Positions 1-11,779 of a stretch of DNA of 64,000 nucleotides are shown one piece after another. This stretch comes from Malacoraja senta (Eukaryota). The stretch spans positions 1 through 64,000 of the forward strand of contig JAXLNO010004097.1 of the NCBI GenBank assembly GCA_038087875.1, written 5' to 3'. Position 1 is the stretch's first letter. Each line of letters begins with the position of its first letter. The notes under the pieces were generated by a model. It made no database searches. It was not told the origin of the DNA and worked only from the letters and a program-made list of their open reading frames with translations. Position numbers and translations under genes: made by a program.

Positions 1-2230
1 GATCATTAATATAAATTGTAAATAGCTGGGGTCCCAGCACTGAGCCTTGTGGTACCCCACTAGTCACTGCCTGCCATTGTGAAAAGGACCCGTTTACTCC
101 TACTCTTTGCTTCCTGTTTGCCAGCCAGTTCTCTATCCACATCAATACTGAACCCCCAATACCGTGTGATTTAAGTTTGTATCCTAATCTCTTATGTGGT
201 ACCTTGTCGAAAGCCTTCTGAAAGTCCAGATACAACACATCCACTGGTTCTCCCCTATCCACTCTACTAGTTACATCCTCGAAAAATTCTATAAGATTCG
301 TCAGACACGATTTACCTTTCGTAAATCCATGCTGACTTTGTCCAATGATTTCACCACTTTCCAAATGTGCTGCTATCCCATCTTTAATAACTGACTCTAG
401 CAGTTTCCCCACTACCGATGTTAGACTAACTGGTCTGTAATTCCCCGTTTTCTCTCTCCCTCCCTTCTTAAAAAGTGGGGTTACGTTTGCTACCCTCCAA
501 TCCTCAGGAACTACTCCAGAATCTAAAGAGTTTTGAAAAATTATCACTAATGCATCCACTATTTCTGGAGCTACTTCCTTAAGTACTCTGGGATGCAGCC
601 TATCTGGCCCTGGTGATTTATCGGCCTTTAATCCATTCAATTTACCCAACACCACTTCCCGACTAACCTGGATTTCACTCAGTTCCTCCATCTCCTTTGA
701 CCCGCGGCCCCCTGCTATTTCCGGCAGATTATTTATGTCTTCCTTAGTGAAGACGGAACCAAAGTAGTTATTCAATTGGTCTGCCATATCCTTGTTCCCC
801 ATGATCAATTCACCTGTTTCTGACTGCAAGGGACCTACATTTGATTTAACTAATCTCTTTCTCTTCACATATCTATAAAAACTTTTGCAGTCAGTTTTTA
901 TGTTCCCTGCCAGTTTCCTTTCATAATCTATTTTCCCTTTCCTAATTAAGCCCTTTGTCCTCCTCTGCTGGTCTCTGAATTTCTCCCAGTCCTCTGGTAT
1001 GCTGCTTTTTCTGGCTAATTTGTACGCATCATCTTTTGCTTTGATACTATCCCTGATTTCCCTTGTTATCCACGGATGCACTACCTTCCTTGATTTATTC
1101 TTTTGCCAAACTGGGATGAACAATTTTTGTAGTTCATCCATGCAGTCTTTAAATGCCTTCCATTGCATATCCACCGTCAACCCTTTTAGAACTAATTGCC
1201 AGTCAATCTTGGCCAATTCACGTCTCATACCCTCAAAGTTACCTTTCTTTAAGTTCAGAACCGTTGTTTCTGAATTAACAATGTCACTCTCCATCCTAAT
1301 GAAGAACTCAACCATATTATGATCACTCTTGCCCAAGGGGGCACGCACAACAAGTCTGCTAACTAACCCTTCCTCATTACTCAATACCCAGTCTAGAATA
1401 GCCTGCTCTCTCGTTGGTTCCTCTACATGTTGGTTTAGATAACTATCCCTCATACATTCCAAGAAATCCTCTTCCTCAGCACCCCTGCCAATTTGATTCA
1501 CCCAATCTATATGTAGATTGAAGTCACCCATTATAACTGTTTTGCCTTTGTTGCACGCATTTCTAATTTCCTGTTTGATGCCATCCCCAACTTCACTACT
1601 ACTGCTAGGTGGCCTGTACACAACGCCCACCAGCGTTTTCTGCCCCTTAGTGTTTCGCAGCTCTACCCATACCGATTCCACATCCTCCAAGCTAATGTCC
1701 TTCCTTTCCACTGCGTTAATCTCCTCTCTAACCAGCAACGCCACCCCACCTCCTTTTCCTTTCTCTCTATCCCTCCTAAATATTGAATATCCCTGGATGT
1801 TCAGCTCCCAGCCTTGGTCACCTTGGAGCCATGTCTCCGTGATCACAACTATATCATAATCATTAATTGCTATCTGCACGTTCAACTCATCCACCTTATT
1901 ACGAATGCTCCTTGCATTGAGACACAAAGCCTTCAGGCTTGTTTTTACAACGCTCTTACCCCTTATACAATTATGTTGAAAAGTGGCTCTTTTTGATTTT
2001 TGCCCTGGATTTGTCTGCCTGCCACTTTTACCTTTCACCTTGCTACCTATTGCTTCCGCCCGCATTTTACACCCCTCTGTTTCTCTGCTCACCCATTTAA
2101 GAACCCCACCACCTCTTATTCTCTGTTTATTATTGTATTCTTCTTTCCCCCCTACATGTTGGGTCTGAGTGCTTTCCTTCTCTGCCTCCTGCCTCACACA
2201 CTGTCTAATAGCATTCTCTATTTGAGTCCC
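1..2230 (-). mobile_element. CR1 LINE, 5'-truncated at the start of ORF2 (endonuclease and RT region; continues past the window start)
   Basis: Colinear with 13864-16093 at a constant offset of 13863, with only about a dozen substitutions seen by eye. Similarity stops abruptly after TTTGAGTCCC at 2230. Confidence 0.95.
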
Positions 2231-2323
2231 AGTGAAAGTGATGTACAATTCAACGTATGTAACACAATGGTAGCCCCAGCAGGGGTATGTGGGTGTAGGG
2301 GGGGTACGGGGGGGATTCCCTAC

Positions 2324-2503
2324 CCGCGTGTCACAGGTGAACTCGGCCACCTCGCCCTCACACATGGAGCTGACGACCGTCTCCCACACGGGCAGCTTGA
2401 ACTTCTTGCCGATGATCAGCTCGATGGGTTTGCCGTTGGTCCGGCTGTCGTCGATGAGCGTCCGCTCTGGGTCACAGCGCAGGGTCTTGTAGTGGAACAT
2501 GGC
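2324..2503 (-). CDS. AIP: Internal coding exon matching exon 2 of AH receptor-interacting protein (FKBP-type domain)
   Basis: Minus strand reads cacacag|GCC...CGG|gtaggg: 180 nt, phase 0-0. Translation [60 protein letters not shown]. The [14 protein letters not shown] motif and the 60-codon length match vertebrate AIP exon 2 as I recall it (AIPL1 has GNMFKLEVWE). Not in the ORF track. Confidence 0.9.
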
Positions 2504-2589
2504 CTGTGTGGGGGGGTGAGAGGTCACAGGTCAATGGTCACTGCGTCCTCGTCAAATCAGGGCGGTCGGGAGCGGGATGTCCCTCTAAA

Positions 2590-5560
2590 ACATAGACAAT
2601 AGTGCAGGAGGAGGCAATTCATTATGATCATGGCTGATCGTCCCCAATCAATAACCCGTCCCTGCCTTCTCCCCATATCCTTTGAATCCACTAGCCCCTA
2701 GAGCTCTATCTAACTCTCTTAAATCCATCCAGTGATTTGGCCTCCACTGCCCACTGTGGCAGGGAATTCCACAAATTCACAACTCTGGGTGAAAAGTTTC
2801 TTTCTCACCTCAGTCTTAAATGACCCCCCCTTTATTCTAAGACTGTGGCCCCTGGTTCTGGACTCGCCCAACATTGGGAACATTTTACCTGCATCTAGCT
2901 TGTCCAGTCCCTTTATAATTTTATATGTTCCTATGAGAACCCCCCCCCCCCTTATCCTTCTAAACTCCAGTGAATACAAGCCTAGTCTTTTCAATCTTTC
3001 CTCATATGACATTCCCGCCATCCCAGGGATCAATCTCGTGAACCTACGCTGCACTGCCGCAATCACAAGGATGTCCCTCAAATTAGGAGTCCAAAACTGT
3101 ACGCAATACTCCAGATGTCGTCTCACCAGAGCCCTATACAACTGCAGAAGAACCTCTTTACTCCTATACTGAAATCCTCTTGTTATGAAGGCCAACATTC
3201 CATTAGCTTTTTCACTGCCTGCTGTACCTGCACGCCAACTTTCAGTGATTGGTGTACAAGGACACCCAGGTCTCGCTGTACCTCCCCCTTACCTAACCTA
3301 ACCCCATTGAGATAATAATCTGCCCCTTTGTTTTTGCCGCCAAAGTGGATAACCTCACATTTATCTATATTATACTGCATCTGCCACCCATCTGCCCACT
3401 CAGTCACCCTGTCCAGGTCACCCTGCAACCTCCTAACATCCTCTTCACAGTTCACACTGCCACCCAGCTTTGTGTCATCCGCAAACTTGGTAGTGTTGCT
3501 CCTAATTCCCTCTTCCAAATCATTAATATATATGGTAAACAGTTGCGGCCCCAACACCGAGCCTTGCGGCACTCCACTCGCCACTGCCTGCCATTCTCAA
3601 AAGGACCCATTCACTTCTACTCTTTGCTTCCTGTCTGCCAAACAATTTTCCATCCATGTCAACACCCTACCCCCAATACCATGTTCTCTAATTTTAGTCA
3701 CCAGTCTCCCGTGCGGGACCTTATCAAAGGCTCTCTGAAAGTCTAGATACATTACATCCACTGGCACCCCTTCATCCATTTTACTTGTCACATCCTCAAA
3801 AAATTCCAGAAGATTAGTCAAGCATGATTTCCCTTTCATAAATCCATGTTGACTTTGACTAAACCTTTTACCGCTATCCAAATGCCCCATTATTACCTCT
3901 TTAATAATTGACTCCTGCATCTTTCCCACCACCAAAGTCAGGCTAACTGGTCTGTAATTCCCCGTTTTCTCTCTCAAAAGTGGGATAAAATTAGCTATCC
4001 TCCAATCCACAGGAACTGATCCCGAATCTATTGAACATTGGAAAATGATCACCAATGTGTCCACTATTTCTAGAGCCACCTCCCTGAGGACCCTGGGATG
4101 CAGACCATCAGGCCCAGGGGATTTATCATCCTTCAGTCCCATTAGCCTACCCAATACTATATCCAACCTAATGACAATTTCTTTCAGTTCCTCTACCCCC
4201 TTAGATCCACTGTCCTCCACTACATCTGGGAGATTGTTTGTGTCTTCCTTAGTGAAGACAGATCCGAAGTACCTGTTGAACTCTTCTGCCATGTCCTTGT
4301 TGCCCATAATAATTTCACCCGTGTCTGCCTTCAAGGGACCCACATTTGACTTTGCTACTCTTTTTCCCCTAAACATATCTAAAGAAGCTTTTTACTGTCC
4401 TTCTTTATATTCCTGGCCAGCTTCCCCTCGTACTTCATCTTTTCAGCCCGTATTGCCCATTTTGTTTCCTTCTGTTGTCCTATGAAAGTTTCCCAATCCT
4501 CTGGCTTCCGGCTACTCTTTGCTGTGTTATACATCTTTTCTTTTAGTTTGATTCTATCCCTAACTTCTTTTGTCAGCCACGGTTGCCTCCTACTCCCCTT
4601 AGAATCTTTCTTCATTTTTGGAATGAAATGGTCCTGCGTCTCCCGGATTATGCCCAGAAATTCCTGCCATTGTTGTTCCACCGTCATTCCTGCTAGGATC
4701 CCTTTCCAGTCTCCTTTTGCCAGCTCCCCTCTCATGCCTTCATAGTCCCCTTTGTTCAACTGCATCACTGCCACTTACGATTTAACGTTCTTCTCAAATT
4801 GCAGATTAAAACTAATCATATTATGATCACTACCTCCAAGCGGTTCCTTTACCTCGAGTTCTCTTATCAAATCTGTTTCATTGGACAACACCAAATCCAG
4901 AATTGCCTTTTCTCTGGTCGGCTCCATTACAAGCTGCTCTAAGAATCCACCTCGGAGGCATCCTACAAACTCTCTTTCTTGGGGTTCTGAACCAACCTGA
5001 TTTTCCCAGTCTACCTGCATATTGAAATCCCCCATCAACACAGTGGCATTACCTTTGTTACATGCCAGTTTTAACTCCTGCTGCAACTTACACCCTACAT
5101 CCGGGCAACTATTTGGGGTTCTGTAGATAACACCAATTAGTGTCTTCTTGCCTTTACAATTCCTCAACTCAATCCACAGTGACTCGTCCTCGTCAGTCCA
5201 TATGTCTTCCCTCGCAAGGGACTGAATTCCATCCCTCACCCGCAGAGCTACCCCCCTCCTCTGCCCACCTGCCTGTCCTTTCTATAGGATGTATATCCCT
5301 GAATATTAAGTTCCCAGGCCCGATCCCCCTGCAGCCACGTCTCAGTAATCCCCACAATGTCATATCTACCAACCTCTAACAGCCTCAAGCTCTTCTACAT
5401 TACTTCTTATACTTCGCGCATTCATATACAATACTTTTAATTCCTGCTGCATCTCACCTTTCACATCGATCCCTATTGCACATGGCCATACTCTCCTATC
5501 CTTTTGTGAGCTTCCTTTCCCGTTAATTCTGGGGTCATTAACACTCCCTTCACTCCCTTT
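2590..5560 (-). mobile_element. Degenerate CR1 LINE (ORF2 from the endonuclease start to the 3' tail)
   Basis: Frameshifted ORF pieces 4775-5239, 4379-4774, 3597-4376, 3183-3584 and 2719-3198 carry APE and RT motifs ([27 protein letters not shown]). CR1 3' UTR near 2590-2700. Confidence 0.92.
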
Positions 5561-5895
5561 ACTCTCTTTCCCTTCAACTCCATCCTCGACCATTCCAATG
5601 GCCATGAGGGGGGGGTCCAAGAGGATGGGGTCAGTTGGAGATGGGAAAAGGGATCATCAATGGGGCGAGGACTCCTTCCCATGGAAGAATCGTGTGAGGC
5701 GGAGGCGACGGAAGAGTTCCAAATCGAGGCGGGCGCGGAACTCATTGAGGTGGTGACGGAGGGGGACAAAGGTGAGGCCTCTGCTGAGGACAGACCGTTC
5801 GGTATCTGAGAGGGGGGGTCAGGGGGGATGGTGAACACACGGCAGGGATGGGGGTTGGGGCCGGAGGAAGGCAGGTGAGTGGACTGAGGCGATGG
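5560..5895 (-). mobile_element. Penelope-like element, N-terminal ORF fragment
   Basis: Minus-strand translation contains PCRVFTIPPD...LSDTERSVLSRG(L)TFVPLR..LNEFRAR.DLELF.RRLRL, typical of the Penelope ORF N-terminus. Inverted copy near 53660-54040. Confidence 0.7.
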
Positions 5896-5896
5896 T

Positions 5897-6635
5897 GGCC
5901 GATTAGGAAGAGGGGAGATGCAACAAGACCTGGGTGTCATGGTACACCAGTCATTGAAAGTAGGCATGCAGGTGCAGCAGGCAGTGAAGAAAGCGCATAG
6001 TATGTTAGCATTCATAGCGAAGGGATTTGAGTATAGGAGCAGGGAGATTCTACTGCAGTTGTACAGGGTCTTGGTGAGACCACACCTGGAGTATTGCGTA
6101 CAGTTTTGGTCTCCTAATCTGAGGAAAGACATTCTTGCCATAGAAGGAGTACAGAGAAGGTTCACCAGACTGATTCCTGGGATGTCAGGACTTTCATATG
6201 AAGAAAGACTGGATAGACTTGGCTTGTACTCGCTAGAATTTAGAAGATTGAGGGGGATCTTATAAAAACTTACAAAATTCTTAAGGGGTTGGATAGGCTA
6301 GATGCAGGAAGATTGTTCCCGATGTTGGGGATGTCCAGAACAAGGGGTCACAGTTTAAGGATAAATCTTTTAGGACCGAGATGAGAAAAACATTTTTCTC
6401 ACAGAGAGTGGTGAATCTCTGGAATTCTCTGCCACAGAAGGTAGTTGAGGCCTGTTCATTGGCTATATTTAAGAGGGAGTTAGATGTGGCCCTTGTGGCT
6501 AAAGGGATCAGGGGGTATGGAGAGAAGGCAGGTACAGGATACTGAGTTGGATGATCAGCCATGATCATATTGAATGGCGGTGCAGACTCGAAGGGCCGAA
6601 TGGCCTACTCCTGCACCTATTTTCTTTGTTTCTAT
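5897..6635 (+). mobile_element. CR1 3' fragment
   Basis: ORF 5918-6265 ([26 protein letters not shown]) followed by the CR1 3' UTR. Confidence 0.92.
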
Positions 6636-6859
6636 GTCCTCTCCACAACGAATATAAACCTCACCTGCATTTTAAACCCCCCCCCCCACCACCACCAAAG
6701 CCTCCTGAATCGCAAGCGGAGCACCACTGATGGTAGGGTTTGTGACAACGCTACTATGTCAAAAGTTTTATACACCTTGGTGGAGCGGGCCGAGGCCCCC
6801 CCTAGTTCTCGGGGCCCTAAATTTAAGCTTGTCTGGCTCATACGTAAATCCGGCCCTGG

Positions 6860-7000
6860 TGGGAGGAAACCGGAGCGCCCGGAGAAAACCCACGCGGGTC
6901 AAGGGGAGAGAACGTGCAAACTCTGTACAGACAGCGCCCGTGGTCGGGATGGAACCGGGGTCTCTGGCGCCGTGAGGCGGCAACTCTACCGCTGGGCCAT
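6860..7000 (-). mobile_element. tRNA-derived SINE 5' part, abutting a hAT-like terminus (CAGGGCCGGATTTA on the minus strand, 6845-6858)
   Basis: Minus strand reads GGTAGAGTTGCCGCCTCACGGCGCCAGAGACCCCGGTTCCATCCCGACCACGGG, a B-box-like tRNA head. Related copies at about 8335-8575, 52735-52866, 54620-54910, 56640-56790 and 63700-64000. Confidence 0.7.
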
Positions 7001-7189
7001 CGTGATGACCAGAGAGGGAGGGAAAGGTGAATACTTCTCTCTCCCTCTCTCCCTCGTCCATCTCTTCCCTCTCTCTCTCTCTCTCTCTCTTTCTCTCCCT
7101 CTCCCCCTCCCTCCTTTTTCCTCTCCATCCCACCCTCAATGCACCAAAAAAAAAAAAACCCACCCCGGAACCAACATACGGCATTTTCG

Positions 7190-7303
7190 CCCTCCACCCG
7201 GACGCCTGAGACCCGCCGTCCCGCTTTGCCAGCGCCGGTGCGCCACCCTAAAGCGTCCCCCTCTCGCCGGGAAGCGCCTCGGGAATGCAGCTGTGAAGAG
7301 CAG
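7190..7303 (+). promoter_or_regulatory. Possible CpG-rich promoter / non-coding first exon of the downstream ZNF gene
   Basis: CpG-rich stretch ending in a good donor, GAGCAG|GTAAAG (7303/7304), upstream of the acceptor CCCCTCCTGCAG|GG at 8677/8678. The pairing of the two sites is inference. Confidence 0.3.
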
Positions 7304-7837
7304 GTAAAGATAAAATCGCTGCGATGCAACGGGGGAGGCAGCAATGCAGCCAGTGATGCATGCATTCCCTTTAATGCAGCAGGGGAGCATGCACAGGCGC
7401 TGGCAGGCGGTTCCCCACACTTTATAACACACTATAATCGCACTTAATGTGGCCCTGCAAGCCGATTTATGTCTCATTTCCAAACTATTTGCCCCAATAA
7501 CTCCCCCAATGTCACCAAACCGACCTTGCGGGCCAACGGGGTGTATGCGGGGAGCCCGGAGCGTCCGCAAAAGGCCCTTCGGCCCATTTCACTCCTGCTA
7601 ACCCACACTTGGCATTGTCTGCATTGGACCTTTCTGAATTTGTAGTCAGCAGGGCAGTTCTCTGCATATCGCCAACTCACCGAGTCCACTCCGCCTTGCA
7701 ACCATGGCTGACCTATCTCGCCCTCTCCCACCCCCTCTCTCTCTCCCCCTCTCTCCCTCTCTCTCTCCCGCTCTCACCCCTCTCTCTCCCTCCCTCTCTC
7801 CCCCTCTCTGCCCATCTCTCTCTCCCTCTCCCTCGAT

Positions 7838-8134
7838 CCCTGGTGAGACCACACCTGGAGTATTGTGTGCAGTTTTGGTCCCATAATTTGAGGAAGGACA
7901 TTCTTGCTATTGAGGGAGCCCAGCGTAGGTTCACCAGGATAATTCCCGGGATGGCGGGACTGTCATATGCTGAGAGAATGGAGCAGGTGGGCTTGTATAC
8001 TCTGGAGTTCAGGAGGATGAGAGGGTATCTCATTGAAACATGAACAATTATGAAGGGTTTGAACGCAGGAAACATGTTCCCGATGTTGGGGAGTCCAGAA
8101 CCAGGGGCCATAGTTAAAGAATAAGGGGTCAGCC
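7838..8134 (+). mobile_element. CR1 RT C-terminal fragment following a CT-rich simple repeat; ends at an N gap
   Basis: [37 protein letters not shown] in ORF 7609-8043. Confidence 0.88.
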
Positions 8135-8266
8135 NNNNNNNNNNNNNNNNNNNNNNNNNNNNNNNNNNNNNNNNNNNNNNNNNNNNNNNNNNNNNNNNNN
8201 NNNNNNNNNNNNNNNNNNNNNNNNNNNNNNNNNNNNNNNNNNNNNNNNNNNNNNNNNNNNNNNNNN
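8135..8266. other. Assembly gap (others at 33369-33516, 46407-46551 and 51523-51707)
   Basis: Runs of N. Confidence 1.
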
Positions 8267-8812
8267 TAATTCAGCGGGTCAGGCAGCATCTGTGGAGAAG
8301 ATAGACACAAAGTGTTGGAGTAACTCAGCGGCTCAGGCCCGTACACTAGCACTATCCTACGCACATTAGGGTCAATTTAACAAATTTGCAGAGGCCGATA
8401 AATTTACAACCCTGAACGTCTTTGAAATGTTGGAGGAAACCGGAGCACCCGGAGTGAAAACCCACGCAGGTCAAGGGGAGAACGTACAAACTCCGCACAG
8501 ACAGCACCCATAGTCAGGATCGTACCCGGGTCTCTGGCAGTGAGGCGGCAACTGTACCGCTGCGCCACTGTGCCACGCAGAATTATATAACGGTTACCTC
8601 CGCCATAAACGCACCCAATATGTGCTAGTAATGTCCTGTTTGCCAGCTTGTTGACTCTCTGTGTTCCCCTCCTGCAGGGTTTAGGAGCCGTTGCTGTGGA
8701 CAGAGAGACGGGGACGTGAGCAGCCATTGACGGCAGCCAGGGTGACTGTGAGCCGCCACCCCCCCCCCCATCTGCTCGGTGTGCGGGCTGAGCTTCGAGG
8801 GGCTGAGATTCG

Positions 8813-10207
8813 ATGGAGGACCACATGACGGGGCACAACAAGGTGAAGCGTTATGAGTGCGACGTGTGTGGCAAGACCTGGCAGAAGCCGAGCCGGCTGG
8901 AGGCCCACCGGCGGGTGCACACGGGAGAACGCCCCTTCGACTGTTCGGAGTGCGGCAAGAGCTTCACTCGCTACGACATCCTGCTGCGGCACAATCGCGT
9001 GCACTCCGTCGAGAGTCACTTCACCTGCTCCGACTGCGGCAAGAGTTTCAAGACGACGAATGACTTGAAGATGCACCTGCAGGTGCACACGGGCGAGAAG
9101 CACTATGGTTGCTCCACTTGCGGCAAGAGCTTTGTCTGGTTGTCAATGCTGCGGGATCACCAGCGGGTGCACAGCAGTGAGCGGCCCTTCACCTGCTCCG
9201 ACTGCGGCAAAGGCTTCAAGTTGTCCACGCACCTGAAGGAGCACAGGCTCGTGCACACCAGGGAGCGGCCCTACACCTGCGTCCAGTGCGGCAAGGGCTT
9301 CACCTGCTCCAGCAAACTGCTGAGGCACCAGCGCACTCACACCGGGGAGCGCCCCTACACCTGCACCCTGTGCGGCAAGGGCTTCACCCAGTCCAGTCAC
9401 CTGCTGGTGCACCAGCGCACCCACACTGGCGAGCGCCCCTACACCTGCGCCCAGTGCAGCATGAGTTTCACCCTTTCCAGCTACCTGTTGTTGCACCAGC
9501 GCACCCACAACGGCGAGCGCCCCTACACCTGTGCCCAGTGCGGCAAGGGCTTCACTCAGTCCAGCAACCTGCTGAAGCACCAGCGCATCCACACCGGCGA
9601 GCGCCCCTACACCTGCAGAGACTGCGGCAAGGGCTTCACCCAGTCCAGTGACCTGCGGGTGCACCACCGCACACACACCGGCGAGCGCCCCTACATCTGC
9701 GCGCAGTGCGGCAAGGGCTTCACCCGGTCCAGTCACCGGCTGGAGCAGCAGCGCACCCACACCAGCGAGCGCCCATACACCTGCGCGCAGTGCGGCAAGG
9801 GCTTCACCCGATCCAGTCACCTGCTGGAGCACCAGCGCACCCACACCGGCGAGCGCCCCTACACCTGCGCCCAGTGCGGCAAGGGTTTCACCCGCTCCAG
9901 CAACCTGCTGAACCACCAGCGCACCCACACCAGCGAGCGCCCATACATCTGCGCCCAGTGCGGCAAGGGCTTCACCCACTCCTCCAAGCTGCTGTCCCAC
10001 CAGGAGGATCATGCCGGCGACCGTCCCATCCCCAGCCTGGTGTGTGGAAAGCACTTTGCCATGGACTCCCACGCCCTGATTCACCAGCGCGTGCACACCA
10101 GTGGCCAGCCCTATGACTGCCCGTACTGCGGTGAGGCGTTTCACAGCTCGCGGGGGTTGCGTCAGCACCGGCGTGCCCACGCCGGCGAGCAGCAGCTCCC
10201 ACAGTAA
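8813..10207 (+). CDS. Tandem C2H2 (Kruppel-type) zinc-finger protein, 464 aa; 16 finger units, 14 with intact ligands
   Basis: Repeating CX2C-X12-HX3H with TGERP linkers. Unit 11 has H>Q and unit 15 lacks the first Cys. High GC3. Splice acceptor at 8677/8678. No KRAB, SCAN or BTB domain seen. Confidence 0.93.
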   Translation: MEDHMTGHNKVKRYECDVCGKTWQKPSRLEAHRRVHTGERPFDCSECGKSFTRYDILLRHNRVHSVESHFTCSDCGKSFKTTNDLKMHLQVHTGEKHYGCSTCGKSFVWLSMLRDHQRVHSSERPFTCSDCGKGFKLSTHLKEHRLVHTRERPYTCVQCGKGFTCSSKLLRHQRTHTGERPYTCTLCGKGFTQSSHLLVHQRTHTGERPYTCAQCSMSFTLSSYLLLHQRTHNGERPYTCAQCGKGFTQSSNLLKHQRIHTGERPYTCRDCGKGFTQSSDLRVHHRTHTGERPYICAQCGKGFTRSSHRLEQQRTHTSERPYTCAQCGKGFTRSSHLLEHQRTHTGERPYTCAQCGKGFTRSSNLLNHQRTHTSERPYICAQCGKGFTHSSKLLSHQEDHAGDRPIPSLVCGKHFAMDSHALIHQRVHTSGQPYDCPYCGEAFHSSRGLRQHRRAHAGEQQLPQ

Positions 10208-10504
10208 CAAGAGAGCATGGGGGCTGCGGGAGCACCAGCGGCTACACACCGGAAAGAGACCCTTTGTGTGCGCTGAGTGTTCAAGGGTTTCACCTGCATG
10301 TCCAGCCTGTGGCAGTACCGGCATACCCACAGCGTTGAGCGTCCATTCACCTGCCCGTCCTGTGGTAAGGGCTTTACCCGCCTTAACCACCTGCTGGAGC
10401 ACCGGCGAAACCACACCGGCCATCGCCCCTTCACCTGCCCGCTCTGTGGCAAGGCCTCTGCCCACTCCTCCAGCCTGCTGTCAGACCACCATGTCGATAG
10501 ATAG
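10208..10504 (+). pseudogene. Decayed, frameshifted continuation of the zinc-finger array
   Basis: Out-of-frame finger text after the stop: LREHQRLHTGKRPFVCAEC, then FTCPSCGKGFTRLNHLLEHRRNHTGHRPFTCPLCGK. Confidence 0.85.
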
Positions 10505-10711
10505 GCGCTGTTCAGGTAGACACAAAATGCTGGAAGGAATGGGTAAAGTTTCAGGTCGTTTCAGTCACCTATTCCTTCACTCCAGAGATGCTGCCTGTCC
10601 CGTGGAGTTACTCCATCACATTGTGTCTTTTTTGTAAACCAGCATCTGCAGTTCCTTGTTTCTAAACCATTCTGGTTAACCATCTGTGCGCCTTCCCCAA
10701 AGCACTCCTGT

Positions 10712-11762
10712 AATGGCAGGCAGTGACTAGTGGGGGTACCGCAAGGCTCAGTGCTGGGACCCCAGCTATTTACAATTTATATTAATGAACTGGATGAGGG
10801 AATTGAAAGCAACATCTCCACGTTTGCGGATGACACTAAGCTGGGTGGCAGTGTTAGCTGTGAGGAGGATGCTAGGAGACTGCAAGGTGACTTGGATAGG
10901 CTGGGTGAGTGGGCAAATGTTTGGCAGATGCAGTATAATGTGGATAAATGTGAGGTTATCCACTTTGGTGGCAAAAACGGGAAGGCAGACTATTATCTAA
11001 ATGGTGGCCGATTAGGAAATGGGGAGATGCAGCGAGACCTGGGTGTCATGGTACACCAGTCATTGAAAGTAGGCATGCAGGTGCAGCACGCAGTGAAGAA
11101 AGCGAATGGTATGTTGGCTTTCATAGCAAGAGGATTTGAGTATAGGAGCAGGGAGGTTGTACTGCAGTTGTACAGGGTCTTGGTGAGACCACACCTGGAG
11201 TATTGCGTACAGTTTTGGTCTCCAAATCTGAGGAAGGATATTATAGCCATAGAGGGAGTGCAGAGAAGGTTCACCAGACTGATTGCTGGGATGTCAGGAC
11301 TTTCATATGAAGAAAGACTGGATAGACTTGGCTTATACTCGCTAGAATTTAGGAGATTGAGAGGGGATCTTATAGAAACGTACAAAATTCTTATGGGGTT
11401 GGAAAGGCTAGATGCAGGAAGATTGTTCCCGATGTTGGGGAAGTCCAGGACAAGGGGTCACAGCTTAAGGATAAGGGGGAAATCCTTTAAGACCGAGATG
11501 AGGAAAAACTTTTTCACACAGAGAGTGGTGAATCTCTGGAACTCTCTGCCACAGAGGGTAGTTGAGGCCAGTTCATTGGCTATATTTAAGAGGGAGTTAG
11601 ATGTGGCCCTTGTGGCTAAGGGGATCAGGGGGTATGGAGAGAAGGCAGGTACGGGATACTGAGTTGGATGATCAGCCATGATCATATTGAATGGCGGTGC
11701 ACGCTCGAAGGGCCGAATGGCCTACTCCTGCACCTATTTTCTATGTATCTATGTATCTATGT
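10712..11762 (+). mobile_element. Young CR1 3' fragment with (TATG/TATC)n tail
   Basis: ORF 10730-11662 is nearly identical to the C-terminus of ORF2 at 12992-13940; intact 3' UTR. Confidence 0.95.
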
Positions 11763-11779
11763 AATGGAGTGACCAGAAC

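Noticed and set aside
194-2168. Many 60-130 aa ORFs antisense to CR1 ORF2, recurring wherever CR1 occurs
   Set aside because: Opposite-strand by-products of the LINE, identical between copies.
2000-2602. 200-aa plus-strand ORF
   Set aside because: Chimera of CR1 antisense and the antisense of the AIP exon; the coding signal is on the minus strand.
6745-6841. ...STK|GT on the minus strand as AIP exon 1
   Set aside because: No similarity to the AIP exon 1 sequence, and it lies in hAT-like duplicated sequence.
6561-7731. Cluster of overlapping ORFs of 60-250 aa
   Set aside because: Built from SINE, microsatellite and GC-rich sequence; no recognisable protein, and reading frames are not preserved in the duplicate copy.
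8681-10465. Long antisense and alternate-frame ORFs over the ZNF gene (e.g. 9143-10465 minus, 440 aa)
   Set aside because: Expected shadow ORFs of a GC-rich repetitive finger array; no domain motifs.
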